In this document: positions 1 through 8,145 of the stretch, in pieces
Numbering within the stretch: position 1 is the first letter of the stretch
How the letters are laid out: each line of letters begins with the position of its first letter
Assembly (NCBI GenBank): GCA_937890245.1
Contig: CALACF010000427.1
Span: 1 to 26,971, forward strand
Length of the DNA stretch: 26,971 nucleotides
Direction of reading: 5' to 3'
Source of the DNA: an uncultured Flavobacteriales bacterium
Lineage (GTDB): Bacteria > Bacteroidota > Bacteroidia > Flavobacteriales_D > Sanyastnellaceae
Notes under the pieces: model-generated
Databases searched by the model: none
Told to the model about the DNA's origin: nothing
The model's input: only the letters and a program-made list of their open reading frames with translations
Translations under genes and position numbers: made by a program

Positions 1-2290
1 TAAACGCCTCGATCATTCCGCGGTCCTTGCTCAAGGAAGCTACGATGCGAAGCTCGACCTGGCTGTAGTCTGCTGCGAGCAGCACGTGGTCCTTGTCACG
101 CGGCACAAAGGCCTCCCTAATCTTGCGGCCCTGGGGCGTTCGGATCGGAATGTTTTGCAAGTTTGGATGCACGGATGACAGGCGGCCCGTAGCGGCGACG
201 GCCTGCATAAACTGACTGTGTATCCGCCCCGTTTCAGGGTTTACCAATGCGGGCAGTGGCTCCACATATGTTGAAAGCAGTTTCTTCAGCTGGCGATAAT
301 CCAAGACCATCTGAACGATCGGGTGGGCGGCCGTGAACTTGCTCAGCACTTCCTCCCCCGTTGCGTACTTCCCCGTTTTTGTCTTCTTGATCTTCTTCTT
401 TCCGCTCGAAATCTCCAGCTTTTCGAAGAGCACGATCCCGAGCTGCTGAGGTGAATCGACGTTGAATGGCTCTCCGGCGAGTTCCTGGATTTTCTCCAGC
501 ATCCCATCTATTTCTACGCGCAATGCGCCCGCCATGGATTCCAAATACGGAACGTCCAAGCGGATGCCCTCAGACTCCATCGCGGCCAAGACCGGAATCA
601 AGGGCGTCTCCATCGCTTCGAAAATCCTGACGTCGTCGGCATCGGTGTAGTCCGCCTTGATCAGCGCGGCCAGGCGCCACGTCAAATCGGCGCCCTCAAC
701 GGCAAAATCCAGCATCGCCGCTGGCGCCACATCTTCCACGGCAAGCCGCGATTTCCCACGCTTCCCCAGCACCGCTTCTTCGGTCATCACCCGGCAATTC
801 ATCAGCACATCCGCCAAGTAGGCCTGGCCATGGCGCATATCCGGCTTCAACACATAATGTGCGAGTTGCACGTCGTACGGCGCACTTTCCGGCTTGATCC
901 CAATCGCGCCCAAGGCGTGCAACAATGGCTTGCTATCGTGCACGATCCACTTGCCCTTTGCCGCAGCCAGCAAGCCATCGAGTCCCTGGTCACTCGAAAA
1001 ATGAGCACCAGGCAAATACCAGCCCTTGCCCGCCTCCACTGCTACGCCCATCCCGATCAAGCGGAAGGTGCGCGGTGTATCACCAACCATCACGGGGTTG
1101 AACGCCACGCTGTCGGATTGCGTCACAGCTTCGCGTAGAGCGGCCCGCTCTTCTCGGCTCTCGGCCAACGTGTATTTGACTTCCGAAGCAGCGAAGGCGC
1201 GCGGCGCCGGGACCGCTTCAGGCTTGGTTAATTGTCCGGATGCTGTCGGCGCAGTCGCCGGGGCTGTGGGCGCAAACATGTCGATTTGTCCAGCTTGTGC
1301 CGGTTCAGCGACCATGGCTGGAGCCGCGCTTGAAGCCGGAGCCGCGCTTGAAGCTCGAGCTGTACTTGAAACCGTGGACGTATTCAGTGCAGAACCGCCC
1401 GGCAAAATGCTGGCGACCCGCGCGGAAAGCGTGCGGAATTCGAGGGCCTCAAAAACTTCGGCAAGCGCATCGGCGTCTGGCGCGCTCATCGCCATTGCAT
1501 CAAAGTCCTCCTTGTAATCGATGTCTATCACAATGGTGGCCAGCTCGAACGACATGCGCGCCGATTCGTGGTTCTGCTCGACCCGCTCGCGGAGCTTGCC
1601 CTTCAGCTCAGACCCGTGTTTCAGGACGCCTTCGAGCGTGCCGTAATCGGCGAGCAACTTGGAGGCCGTCTTGGGACCCACGCCCGGGATGCCCGGGATA
1701 TTGTCTGCGGAATCGCCCATCAAACCGAGGTAGTCAATCATTTGCATAGGCGACTGCAGACCGAAGCGCTCGCAGATTTCAGCCGGTCCCCATACTTCAG
1801 CCGGATTGCCACTGCGCCCAGGGCGGAACATCTTCACCCGGTCTGTGACGAGCTGGCCGAAGTCCTTGTCGGGCGTCATCATGTATACGTCGAACCCTTC
1901 GGCGGCCGCACGCGCCGCGAGGCAGCCGATCATATCGTCTGCTTCGAATCCCGGGTGGCGCACCACGGGGATGTTCATCGCATCTAGAAGTTGGAGGATT
2001 CGGGGGACGGACGCGCTGATGTCTTCTGGAGTCTCGTCTCTATTGGCCTTATACTCCGGGAACTGGTCATGGCGAAAATTCGGTCCCGGCGGGTCAAAAA
2101 CGACGGCCAAGTGGGTCGGTTTCTCGGTTCGAATGACCTCGAGCATGGCGTTGGCAAACCCGAAATCTGCTGACGTATTCCAGCCCTTCGAATTGATGCG
2201 CGGGCTGCGGATGAAAGCGTAATAAGCCCTGAAAATGAGGGCAAATGCGTCGAGCAAAAAGAGCTTCTTTTCCGAGGGCTGCGTGATCAT
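1..2290 (-). CDS. polA: DNA polymerase I (its 3' end lies beyond the left window edge)
   Basis: Missing from the ORF track because it has no stop in the window, so I translated it by hand from ATG at 2290. N-terminus MITQPSEKKLFLLDAFALIFRAYYAF; 5' nuclease motifs EYKANR, GFEADD, TPDKDF and GDSADNIPGIPGVGPKTA. The polymerase domain includes FNVDSPQQLGIVLFEKL, TGRIH, ATGRLSSVHPNLQNIP and motif A ADYSQVELR. The reading frame is the same at both ends (..KDRGMIEAF at position 2). Confidence 0.97.
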   Translation of the reverse strand, partial: MITQPSEKKLFLLDAFALIFRAYYAFIRSPRINSKGWNTSADFGFANAMLEVIRTEKPTHLAVVFDPPGPNFRHDQFPEYKANRDETPEDISASVPRILQLLDAMNIPVVRHPGFEADDMIGCLAARAAAEGFDVYMMTPDKDFGQLVTDRVKMFRPGRSGNPAEVWGPAEICERFGLQSPMQMIDYLGLMGDSADNIPGIPGVGPKTASKLLADYGTLEGVLKHGSELKGKLRERVEQNHESARMSFELATIVIDIDYKEDFDAMAMSAPDADALAEVFEALEFRTLSARVASILPGGSALNTSTVSSTARASSAAPASSAAPAMVAEPAQAGQIDMFAPTAPATAPTASGQLTKPEAVPAPRAFAASEVKYTLAESREERAALREAVTQSDSVAFNPVMVGDTPRTFRLIGMGVAVEAGKGWYLPGAHFSSDQGLDGLLAAAKGKWIVHDSKPLLHALGAIGIKPESAPYDVQLAHYVLKPDMRHGQAYLADVLMNCRVMTEEAVLGKRGKSRLAVEDVAPAAMLDFAVEGADLTWRLAALIKADYTDADDVRIFEAMETPLIPVLAAMESEGIRLDVPYLESMAGALRVEIDGMLEKIQELAGEPFNVDSPQQLGIVLFEKLEISSGKKKIKKTKTGKYATGEEVLSKFTAAHPIVQMVLDYRQLKKLLSTYVEPLPALVNPETGRIHSQFMQAVAATGRLSSVHPNLQNIPIRTPQGRKIREAFVPRDKDHVLLAADYSQVELRIVASLSKDRGMIEAF
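1320..1373. repeat. 18-bp tandem repeat (2 near-perfect copies + 1 degenerate) in the polA linker
   Basis: GGAGCCGCGCTTGAAGC occurs at 1320 and 1338, with a degenerate CGAGCTGTACTTGAAAC at 1356. It encodes VSSTAR-ASSAAP-ASSAAP in PolA. Confidence 0.85.
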
Positions 2291-2294
2291 GGCC

Positions 2295-2302
2295 CCAAGG
2301 TA
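2295..2302 (-). promoter_or_regulatory. Bacteroidota -7 promoter-like element for polA
   Basis: The minus strand reads TACCTTGG-ggcc-ATG, a variant of the TAnnTTTG consensus 4 nt before the start codon. Confidence 0.55.
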
Positions 2303-2319
2303 AGAAGGGGCGGCCACGC

Positions 2320-2835
2320 TCAGCTCCGCGGGCGCTTGTAAATCGGTACGGTGCTGCACGCCTCGCCAAACATCAGCGATTTCACCACCGGTCGCAGGCG
2401 TTCGATCAGCCGCATGGACGCCGTCGGACCACTCTGAAGCCCGCAACCTTTGACGACCAATAGCGCATCGCGGTACGTTTCGACATCGATTTGCTCAACA
2501 ACGGCCAAAAGAAGTGGACCGCCAAGATCGGCAGGCGCACAGTGATGCACGGAATGCACGGTGGGCGCCGCGGCGTGGATTGCCTGGGTGGCGAGCATCC
2601 ACGCCCACTCGGGCAGAACGGCCTCAGCCGAACAGTGGAGGGCGACCGCGCAACCCTCGAAAGGTGCGCCATCCAAGGCCTTGAGCCACTGGCGAAAGTC
2701 TTTTTCTCGCAGGGCCAATCCCTGCCACAGGGCTGGAGCCAAATCGAGTGCTGCACGCCCCACAGCAGACGCTTCGTGTGACAAGTCCAGCTGGATCAGC
2801 CCACTTTGCTCTATGCGATTGACAAGTCCGTCCAT
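2320..2835 (-). CDS. DUF2480-family protein (unknown function)
   Basis: 171 aa. It has the N-terminal LVNRIEQSGLIQLDL, the internal LREKDFR and CSAEAVLPEWA, and the C-terminal KSLMFGEACSTVPIYKR, all of which I recognise from Bacteroidota DUF2480 proteins. It starts 3 nt after the dxs stop. Confidence 0.8.
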   Translation of the reverse strand: MDGLVNRIEQSGLIQLDLSHEASAVGRAALDLAPALWQGLALREKDFRQWLKALDGAPFEGCAVALHCSAEAVLPEWAWMLATQAIHAAAPTVHSVHHCAPADLGGPLLLAVVEQIDVETYRDALLVVKGCGLQSGPTASMRLIERLRPVVKSLMFGEACSTVPIYKRPRS

Positions 2836-2838
2836 GAT

Positions 2839-4803
2839 TCAACTGGCGTTGGACGCTCCACGGGCGCCGCGCGAGTCGCAAATCTTCACTGCCGCCGAAA
2901 CAATGTCAGGCGTGCTGAAGCCACACTCAGCGTACAATTCCGCTTGGGTGCCGTGCTCGATGAATCGGTCGGGGATGCCCAGCATCTGCACGCTTGCCCG
3001 GTACCCTTGCGCTGCCATAAATTCCAACACGGCGCTGCCGAATCCACCACGAATACAGCCGTCCTCGACCGTAATCACATGGTCGAATCTGCCAAATATT
3101 TCGTGGAGCATCACCTCGTCGAGTGGCTTGACAAATCGGATGTCGTAATGTGCAACAGCGTATCCGTCTTCTGCCAGGGCACGCACCGCATCGGCAGCCA
3201 GATTGCCTACTGGGCCCAGAGTCAAGATGGCCAATTCATCGCCGTCGCTCACCCTGCGACCCGTGCCGACCTCGATCTTGCGCAGTGGTTTGCGCCAATC
3301 TGCCATGACGCCCGTTCCGCGCGGGTATCGGATCGCGAATGGACCGGTCTGCCCTGACGCGCCCGTGTACATCAAGTTGCGCAGCTCCTCCTCGTTCATC
3401 GGCGAGCAGATGGTCATGTTTGGAATGCAGCGCATAAAAGCGATATCGTACGCTCCGTGGTGTGTTGCGCCGTCGGCGCCCACCAAACCACCCCGATCCA
3501 AGCACATCACCATGTGCAGGTTTTGTATGGCAACATCGTGAACCACCTGATCAAAGGCGCGCTGCATGAATGAGCTGTACACGTTACAAAATGGAACGAG
3601 CCCACGCGTAGCCATTCCTGCAGCGAAGGTCACAGCGTGCTGCTCGGCAATGCCCACATCGAAGGCTCGGCCAGGCATCGCGTCCATCATGATCTTCATC
3701 GAACATCCGCTCGGCATGGCGGGCGTCACGCCCACAATCCGTTCGTCTTGCTCGGCAAGTTCGACCATCGTCTCTCCGAACACATCTTGGAATTTCGGCG
3801 GCTGTGCCCCGCGGTTGCCCACCTTGATCAGCTCGCCCGTGTCCTTGTTGAACAGCCCCGGCGCGTGCCATTTCGTAGGCGAACCAGATTCTGCAGGCGC
3901 AAAACCTTTGCCCTTGCGCGTCACGCAATGCAATATTTTCGGACCGGGGATGTCTTTCAAATCTCGCATCACCTGCTCCAGGAATACGACGTCGTGCCCA
4001 TCCACTGGGCCAAAATACCTAAAATTCAGCGCCTCAAAAAGATTGCTCTGGCCCAGTAGAGAGCCCTTTACCGCGTCTGCAACTTTCGCGGCGATCGCCT
4101 GTGCATTGGGCCCAAACTTGGAAATCTTACCGAGCAATTGCCACACCTCATCCTTCACCTTGTTGTAGGTCGGCGAAGTCGTGATGTCCGTCAAATATTC
4201 CTTCAGCGCGCCGACATTCGGGTCGATCGACATGCAATTATCATTGAGCACGATCAGCAGATTCGTGTCCTCAATCCCCCCGTGATTCATTCCTTCGAAG
4301 GCCAATCCCGCGGTCATGGCCCCGTCCCCAATCACTGCCACAGATTGACTTTTTCGGCCCTGAATCCTGTCGGCGACGGCCATGCCCAGGGCAGCAGAAA
4401 TGCTGGTCGAGCTGTGGCCAACGCCGAAAGCGTCGTAGGGACTCTCGGCGCGGTTGGGAAAGCCCGAGATGCCGCCGAACTTGCGATTTGTGTGGAACTG
4501 ATCGCGGCGGCCGGTCAATATTTTATGTCCATACGCCTGGTGGCCAACGTCCCAGACGATTGAATCGTTCGGGGTGTCAAAGACGTAGTGAAGGGCCACT
4601 GTCAATTCGACGACGCCCAAGCTCGCGCCAAAATGGCCGCCCTTCTCAGAGACAACGTCGATGATGAACTGCCGAAGCTCGTCGCAGAGCTGGGGCAAAT
4701 CTTCGGATTGGAATTCGCGACGCAAGTCTTCCGGTGTCCCCACCTTTTCGAGGAAAGGACCGGCCTTGAAGGGCTGAGAATCGTTGTTTTTGGCGTCGCT
4801 CAT
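2839..4803 (-). CDS. dxs: 1-deoxy-D-xylulose-5-phosphate synthase
   Basis: 654 aa. Motifs GGHFGASLGVVELTVALH, WDVGHQAYGHKILTGRR, the TPP-binding GDGAMTAG...LNDN, FDVGIAEQHAVT, DRGGLVGADGATH and IRYPRG. Confidence 0.98.
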   Translation of the reverse strand: MSDAKNNDSQPFKAGPFLEKVGTPEDLRREFQSEDLPQLCDELRQFIIDVVSEKGGHFGASLGVVELTVALHYVFDTPNDSIVWDVGHQAYGHKILTGRRDQFHTNRKFGGISGFPNRAESPYDAFGVGHSSTSISAALGMAVADRIQGRKSQSVAVIGDGAMTAGLAFEGMNHGGIEDTNLLIVLNDNCMSIDPNVGALKEYLTDITTSPTYNKVKDEVWQLLGKISKFGPNAQAIAAKVADAVKGSLLGQSNLFEALNFRYFGPVDGHDVVFLEQVMRDLKDIPGPKILHCVTRKGKGFAPAESGSPTKWHAPGLFNKDTGELIKVGNRGAQPPKFQDVFGETMVELAEQDERIVGVTPAMPSGCSMKIMMDAMPGRAFDVGIAEQHAVTFAAGMATRGLVPFCNVYSSFMQRAFDQVVHDVAIQNLHMVMCLDRGGLVGADGATHHGAYDIAFMRCIPNMTICSPMNEEELRNLMYTGASGQTGPFAIRYPRGTGVMADWRKPLRKIEVGTGRRVSDGDELAILTLGPVGNLAADAVRALAEDGYAVAHYDIRFVKPLDEVMLHEIFGRFDHVITVEDGCIRGGFGSAVLEFMAAQGYRASVQMLGIPDRFIEHGTQAELYAECGFSTPDIVSAAVKICDSRGARGASNAS

Positions 4804-4810
4804 AGGGTGC

Positions 4811-5500
4811 TCAGGCAGTCACTGCAGCCAATGCAGCGAGCATAGAACGCCCATCCGTGTTGCCTAGTGTGTCGCTGGCGGCGCGCTCCGGGTGGGGCAT
4901 CATCCCAAACACATTGCCCGCCTTGTTGCAAACGCCCGCGATGTCTTCGATTGAGCCGTTTGGATTGAACTCGTCGCTCAACTCGCCTGCCGGTCCGCAG
5001 TAACGGAACAAGATCTGGTCGTTGTCGTGCAATTCGTCCAGGCCGTCTTCATCTATGAAGTAGTTGCCCTCGCCATGTGCAATAGGGATGCACAGTGGAC
5101 GCGCTGGATCGAGGCCGGCCGTCATGGCCGCCATGCGCGAAACAGGCTGGATTAGCACATTGCGGCACACAAATCGGCGCGCCTCGTTGTGGCCCAAGGC
5201 GCCGGGGAGCAAGCCCGCCTCGCACAAAACTTGGAATCCGTTGCACACGCCCAACACGCGCCCGCCACGCGCTGCGTGGGCCATGACTTCTTCCATGATG
5301 GGTGCAAATCGGGCAATCGCACCACTTCGCAAGTAATCTCCATAGCTAAAACCGCCGGGCAAGACAATCAAGTCTGAGCCTTTTAAATCGCGGTCTTTGT
5401 GCCAGAGTTTTTCGACCTGGAACCCGAGTTCCGTGCCGAGAGCATGTTCCATGTCGTGGTCACAATTGGACCCGGGGAAGGTGATGACGCCTACTTTCAC
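4811..5500 (-). CDS. purQ: Phosphoribosylformylglycinamidine synthase glutaminase subunit PurQ
   Basis: Motifs FPGSNCDHD, PGGFSYGDYLRSGAIA, catalytic GVCNGFQ, PIAHGEG and GMMPHPER. I placed the start at GTG 5500 (MKVGVITFPG), which matches the typical PurQ N-terminus. The ORF track extends it to ATG 5518. Confidence 0.96.
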   Translation of the reverse strand: MKVGVITFPGSNCDHDMEHALGTELGFQVEKLWHKDRDLKGSDLIVLPGGFSYGDYLRSGAIARFAPIMEEVMAHAARGGRVLGVCNGFQVLCEAGLLPGALGHNEARRFVCRNVLIQPVSRMAAMTAGLDPARPLCIPIAHGEGNYFIDEDGLDELHDNDQILFRYCGPAGELSDEFNPNGSIEDIAGVCNKAGNVFGMMPHPERAASDTLGNTDGRSMLAALAAVTA

Positions 5501-5504
5501 TCCG

Positions 5505-5512
5505 CAAAGGTC
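5505..5512 (-). promoter_or_regulatory. -7 promoter-like element for the purQ-dxs-DUF2480 operon
   Basis: The minus strand reads GACCTTTG-cgga-GTG, one mismatch from TAnnTTTG and 4 nt before the inferred start. Confidence 0.45.
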
Positions 5513-5555
5513 GCACATCGCGTCCTTATAACGATGCGACGTGCGCCATCAGTTT

Positions 5556-8114
5556 TTAACGGTGGCCAAGCTTCCATGTTTGGACGTGTGTTGTGCCGGT
5601 TTCGGTGGCCCGCAAAAGCGCAATCCTCGGGATCTCGCTGTCTTGCAATGCCAATTTTTCTCCGGCTTCAAGCGACCACTTGCTCACCAAGCGTCCGGTC
5701 AAGTCAAAGAGCTCGAGTGTGAGCGCCTGGCTGGGGTGCTGGACCCACCACTGGCTGAGGTCGCGGGTGAGATTGGCATGTTGAATAAGGGCGTCATCGA
5801 AGTGATCGATGCTATTTACGCTGCCCACCTGAACGGTCAAAACCGCCTGATACGTGTCGGAACACAAGTCGTTCCAGGCATTGAGCGCGACGACGTAATA
5901 GTCAGCCGCTGTGTACACGTGCGTGGGGATCGGGTCGGTCGACGTGCTGCCGTCGCCAAAATCCCAATGGTAATTCGTTGCGCCGGCGGTCGCATTGCCG
6001 AAGATGATTTCGACCTCACCGTCAATCAGGTTGACCACGGCGGTGTCGAGGTAAATCACGGCTTCCACGGGCGGCGCCTGTTGCACGGTCGCCTGCAGCA
6101 TCGTGCTGCAACCCAGCGCATCGCTCACCACCGCATCGTATGTCCCAGCCTGCAAAACGTTCAAGCTCAGCCCGGTCGGACCGTGCGCCCAGTCTACGTT
6201 GAACGGCGCAGTGCCGCCTTCGATGGATAATTCGACGGTCCCCTCCGTATCGTTGCAGCCGATGTGATCAACGGTGGCTTCCACCTCGATTGCGGCCCCT
6301 TCGGCGACAACCGCAACAGGCACAGCAAGCATCGGGCAGCCCTGGCCTGGGGCCAACTCAACACGGTAGCTGCCCACGGATTGGGCTGTGAAAAACGCTT
6401 CATTGGCTGTCGTGCTATCCGGGGCAATCGACCCGGCCGCCGGGTCCTGGCTGTCCACCAAGGCCCACGCACTCGGATCAATGCCGGCCGCAGCCCCCGT
6501 CACAATCGCAGTCACCGACCCGTCAGCCGACACGGCGCACGAAGCTCCCTGGGCGTTTGCCGCCAAGTCCGCCCCCAGATGAATGTCAAAGCGGTGCGTA
6601 TCTGCAGAGCCAAACGACACAAAGTCGTACGACAAATCTGCAGATGCCGCCATCAGCTGGCCCGTCACCAAATCCTCGATCAGCACACAGCGCGCGATCG
6701 CTACAACGGGCAACGTCAACGTCAGCCCAGTCCCCTCCGAAGCCTTGATCCACAGCGGAACCGTAGAGCCGGGCGCGCCCTCCATCAGGTTCACCATAAC
6801 CTGTACGCTGTCCGTCGTCGTGGTGAATATATCGAGATAGTTCTTGCCGCGAAATAGCGCGTTCAGGACCGCATCTTCCTCTGAATCATAGTCGCCTGAA
6901 CCTGCGCCTGCCACCAGTACGGTTTGCTCGGTGGCTGTTTCAGACGCGATTTGAAAGGCGATGACGTCGGCGGCGGCTGAGCTCACAGCGTCGGCCGCCG
7001 TAGAGAAGGCGCCCGGATCCACGGCAGCCTCGATGCCAATTTCCAGCGAACCCGCTGCGCTGGCCGTCACCCAAAACGGTTCGCCCGGCGCAAACGTGCC
7101 GATGTGCCCAAAGGAGCCATATCCTGCAACTTGGGCCATATAGGTGTTGTACTCATCCGACCAGGCGTACGTCGCCGCGTTTACCGGGCCGCGCTCGACC
7201 GCATCGCTGTTCCAATCGATGGTGGCCGTGAGCGGGTTGGACAGATGGTGGAAGCCCGGCCAGAAGCCATCCGTGTAGGTCACTTCGAAGCTCGAGGCCG
7301 CCTGGACTTGGCCTTGGACGGAGATGTTGTAGGCGCCCGTGTCACCCGAAAACATGAGTCCGAGTGAGGCGTTGATCGTGTCCACGTCTTGGAGCAGGGC
7401 GTAGCCTGTGGCCGATTCCACCCAGTTGCGCAGTGAAATGCCGGGGAGCTGTGTGAGCACGGATAGGGCCGAGATGTTGTGGAGGGCCAAACCCATTTGT
7501 TGGGCGTGGGTTGAGGTCTTTACTACGTCGAAATTTCTAGAGACCAATCCGTCGATGCCGCCCCGAATGGGACCGAAGCCTGCCTGGCCAATCAAGGTCA
7601 AGGCATCCTGTGTATGAAGATTGGCCATGTTTGGTTCGATGTAATCAGTAACCGACACCGCACCGGCCAACGTCACCTCTCCCGCCAATTCGACACGGTG
7701 CCAATCGCCGCCCGAGAGCATGTGGGGGCCTTCGCCCGAGATGATTAGCGTGCCCGCTGTTGAGGATTGGCCCACCATTTGACCCTCAACAATTACGTCG
7801 CCCGAAGCGGTCAACACGCCCTGCAAATCAACGGACGCACCGTCCGTCACCGACAATCCCGAGGTCTCCGCTGACCCAGTGATCGCTACGGAATGCCCGG
7901 GCAAAATGATGACCAAGTCCTCCGCCGTCGGGACGCAAGCGCAATCCCAAGTCGCCGTTTCGTCCCAATCCCCCGAAGCATTCGAGAAGATCAACGCCCC
8001 GTCAATAGAAGCCAACCAGCCTTGGTGGTCCTGGGCTTGCGCCGTGTTGGGGGCCCAAGCGAGCCATGCCGTCAGAACGAGAGAAAGGGCGGAAGTAGAG
8101 AATAAACGGATCAT
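5556..8114 (-). CDS. Secreted surface protein with SprB-like repeat, PKD domain and probable T9SS C-terminal sorting domain
   Basis: Signal peptide MIRLFSTSALSLVLTAWLAWAPNTAQA (the ORF track starts at GTG 8120). N-terminal SGDWDETATWDC..VP motif. SprB-type repeat CNDTEGTVELSIEGGTAPFNVDW...LQAGTYDAVVSDALGC. PKD motif NATAGATNYHWDFGDGSTSTDPIPTHVY. CTD-like LELFDLTGRLV near the C-terminus. Confidence 0.85.
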   Translation of the reverse strand: MIRLFSTSALSLVLTAWLAWAPNTAQAQDHQGWLASIDGALIFSNASGDWDETATWDCACVPTAEDLVIILPGHSVAITGSAETSGLSVTDGASVDLQGVLTASGDVIVEGQMVGQSSTAGTLIISGEGPHMLSGGDWHRVELAGEVTLAGAVSVTDYIEPNMANLHTQDALTLIGQAGFGPIRGGIDGLVSRNFDVVKTSTHAQQMGLALHNISALSVLTQLPGISLRNWVESATGYALLQDVDTINASLGLMFSGDTGAYNISVQGQVQAASSFEVTYTDGFWPGFHHLSNPLTATIDWNSDAVERGPVNAATYAWSDEYNTYMAQVAGYGSFGHIGTFAPGEPFWVTASAAGSLEIGIEAAVDPGAFSTAADAVSSAAADVIAFQIASETATEQTVLVAGAGSGDYDSEEDAVLNALFRGKNYLDIFTTTTDSVQVMVNLMEGAPGSTVPLWIKASEGTGLTLTLPVVAIARCVLIEDLVTGQLMAASADLSYDFVSFGSADTHRFDIHLGADLAANAQGASCAVSADGSVTAIVTGAAAGIDPSAWALVDSQDPAAGSIAPDSTTANEAFFTAQSVGSYRVELAPGQGCPMLAVPVAVVAEGAAIEVEATVDHIGCNDTEGTVELSIEGGTAPFNVDWAHGPTGLSLNVLQAGTYDAVVSDALGCSTMLQATVQQAPPVEAVIYLDTAVVNLIDGEVEIIFGNATAGATNYHWDFGDGSTSTDPIPTHVYTAADYYVVALNAWNDLCSDTYQAVLTVQVGSVNSIDHFDDALIQHANLTRDLSQWWVQHPSQALTLELFDLTGRLVSKWSLEAGEKLALQDSEIPRIALLRATETGTTHVQTWKLGHR

Positions 8115-8145
8115 GCCCACGCCTACGGCAGAATGGCCCGGAAGG

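Noticed and set aside
1984-2244. Suspected frameshift in polA, because the track shows only short minus-strand ORFs here
   Set aside because: Hand translation reads through in one frame (EYKANRDETPEDI). polA is absent from the track only because it runs off the window.
462-2369. Many ORF-track entries over the polA region (e.g. 1026..1517 +, 1240..1749 +, 1984..2244 -)
   Set aside because: They are antisense or off-frame shadows of the continuous polA frame, with no recognisable motifs. Long shadow ORFs are expected at this GC content.
5541-6857. Plus-strand ORFs of 229 and 197 aa opposite the secreted protein
   Set aside because: Antisense shadows; the minus frame carries the PKD and SprB motifs.
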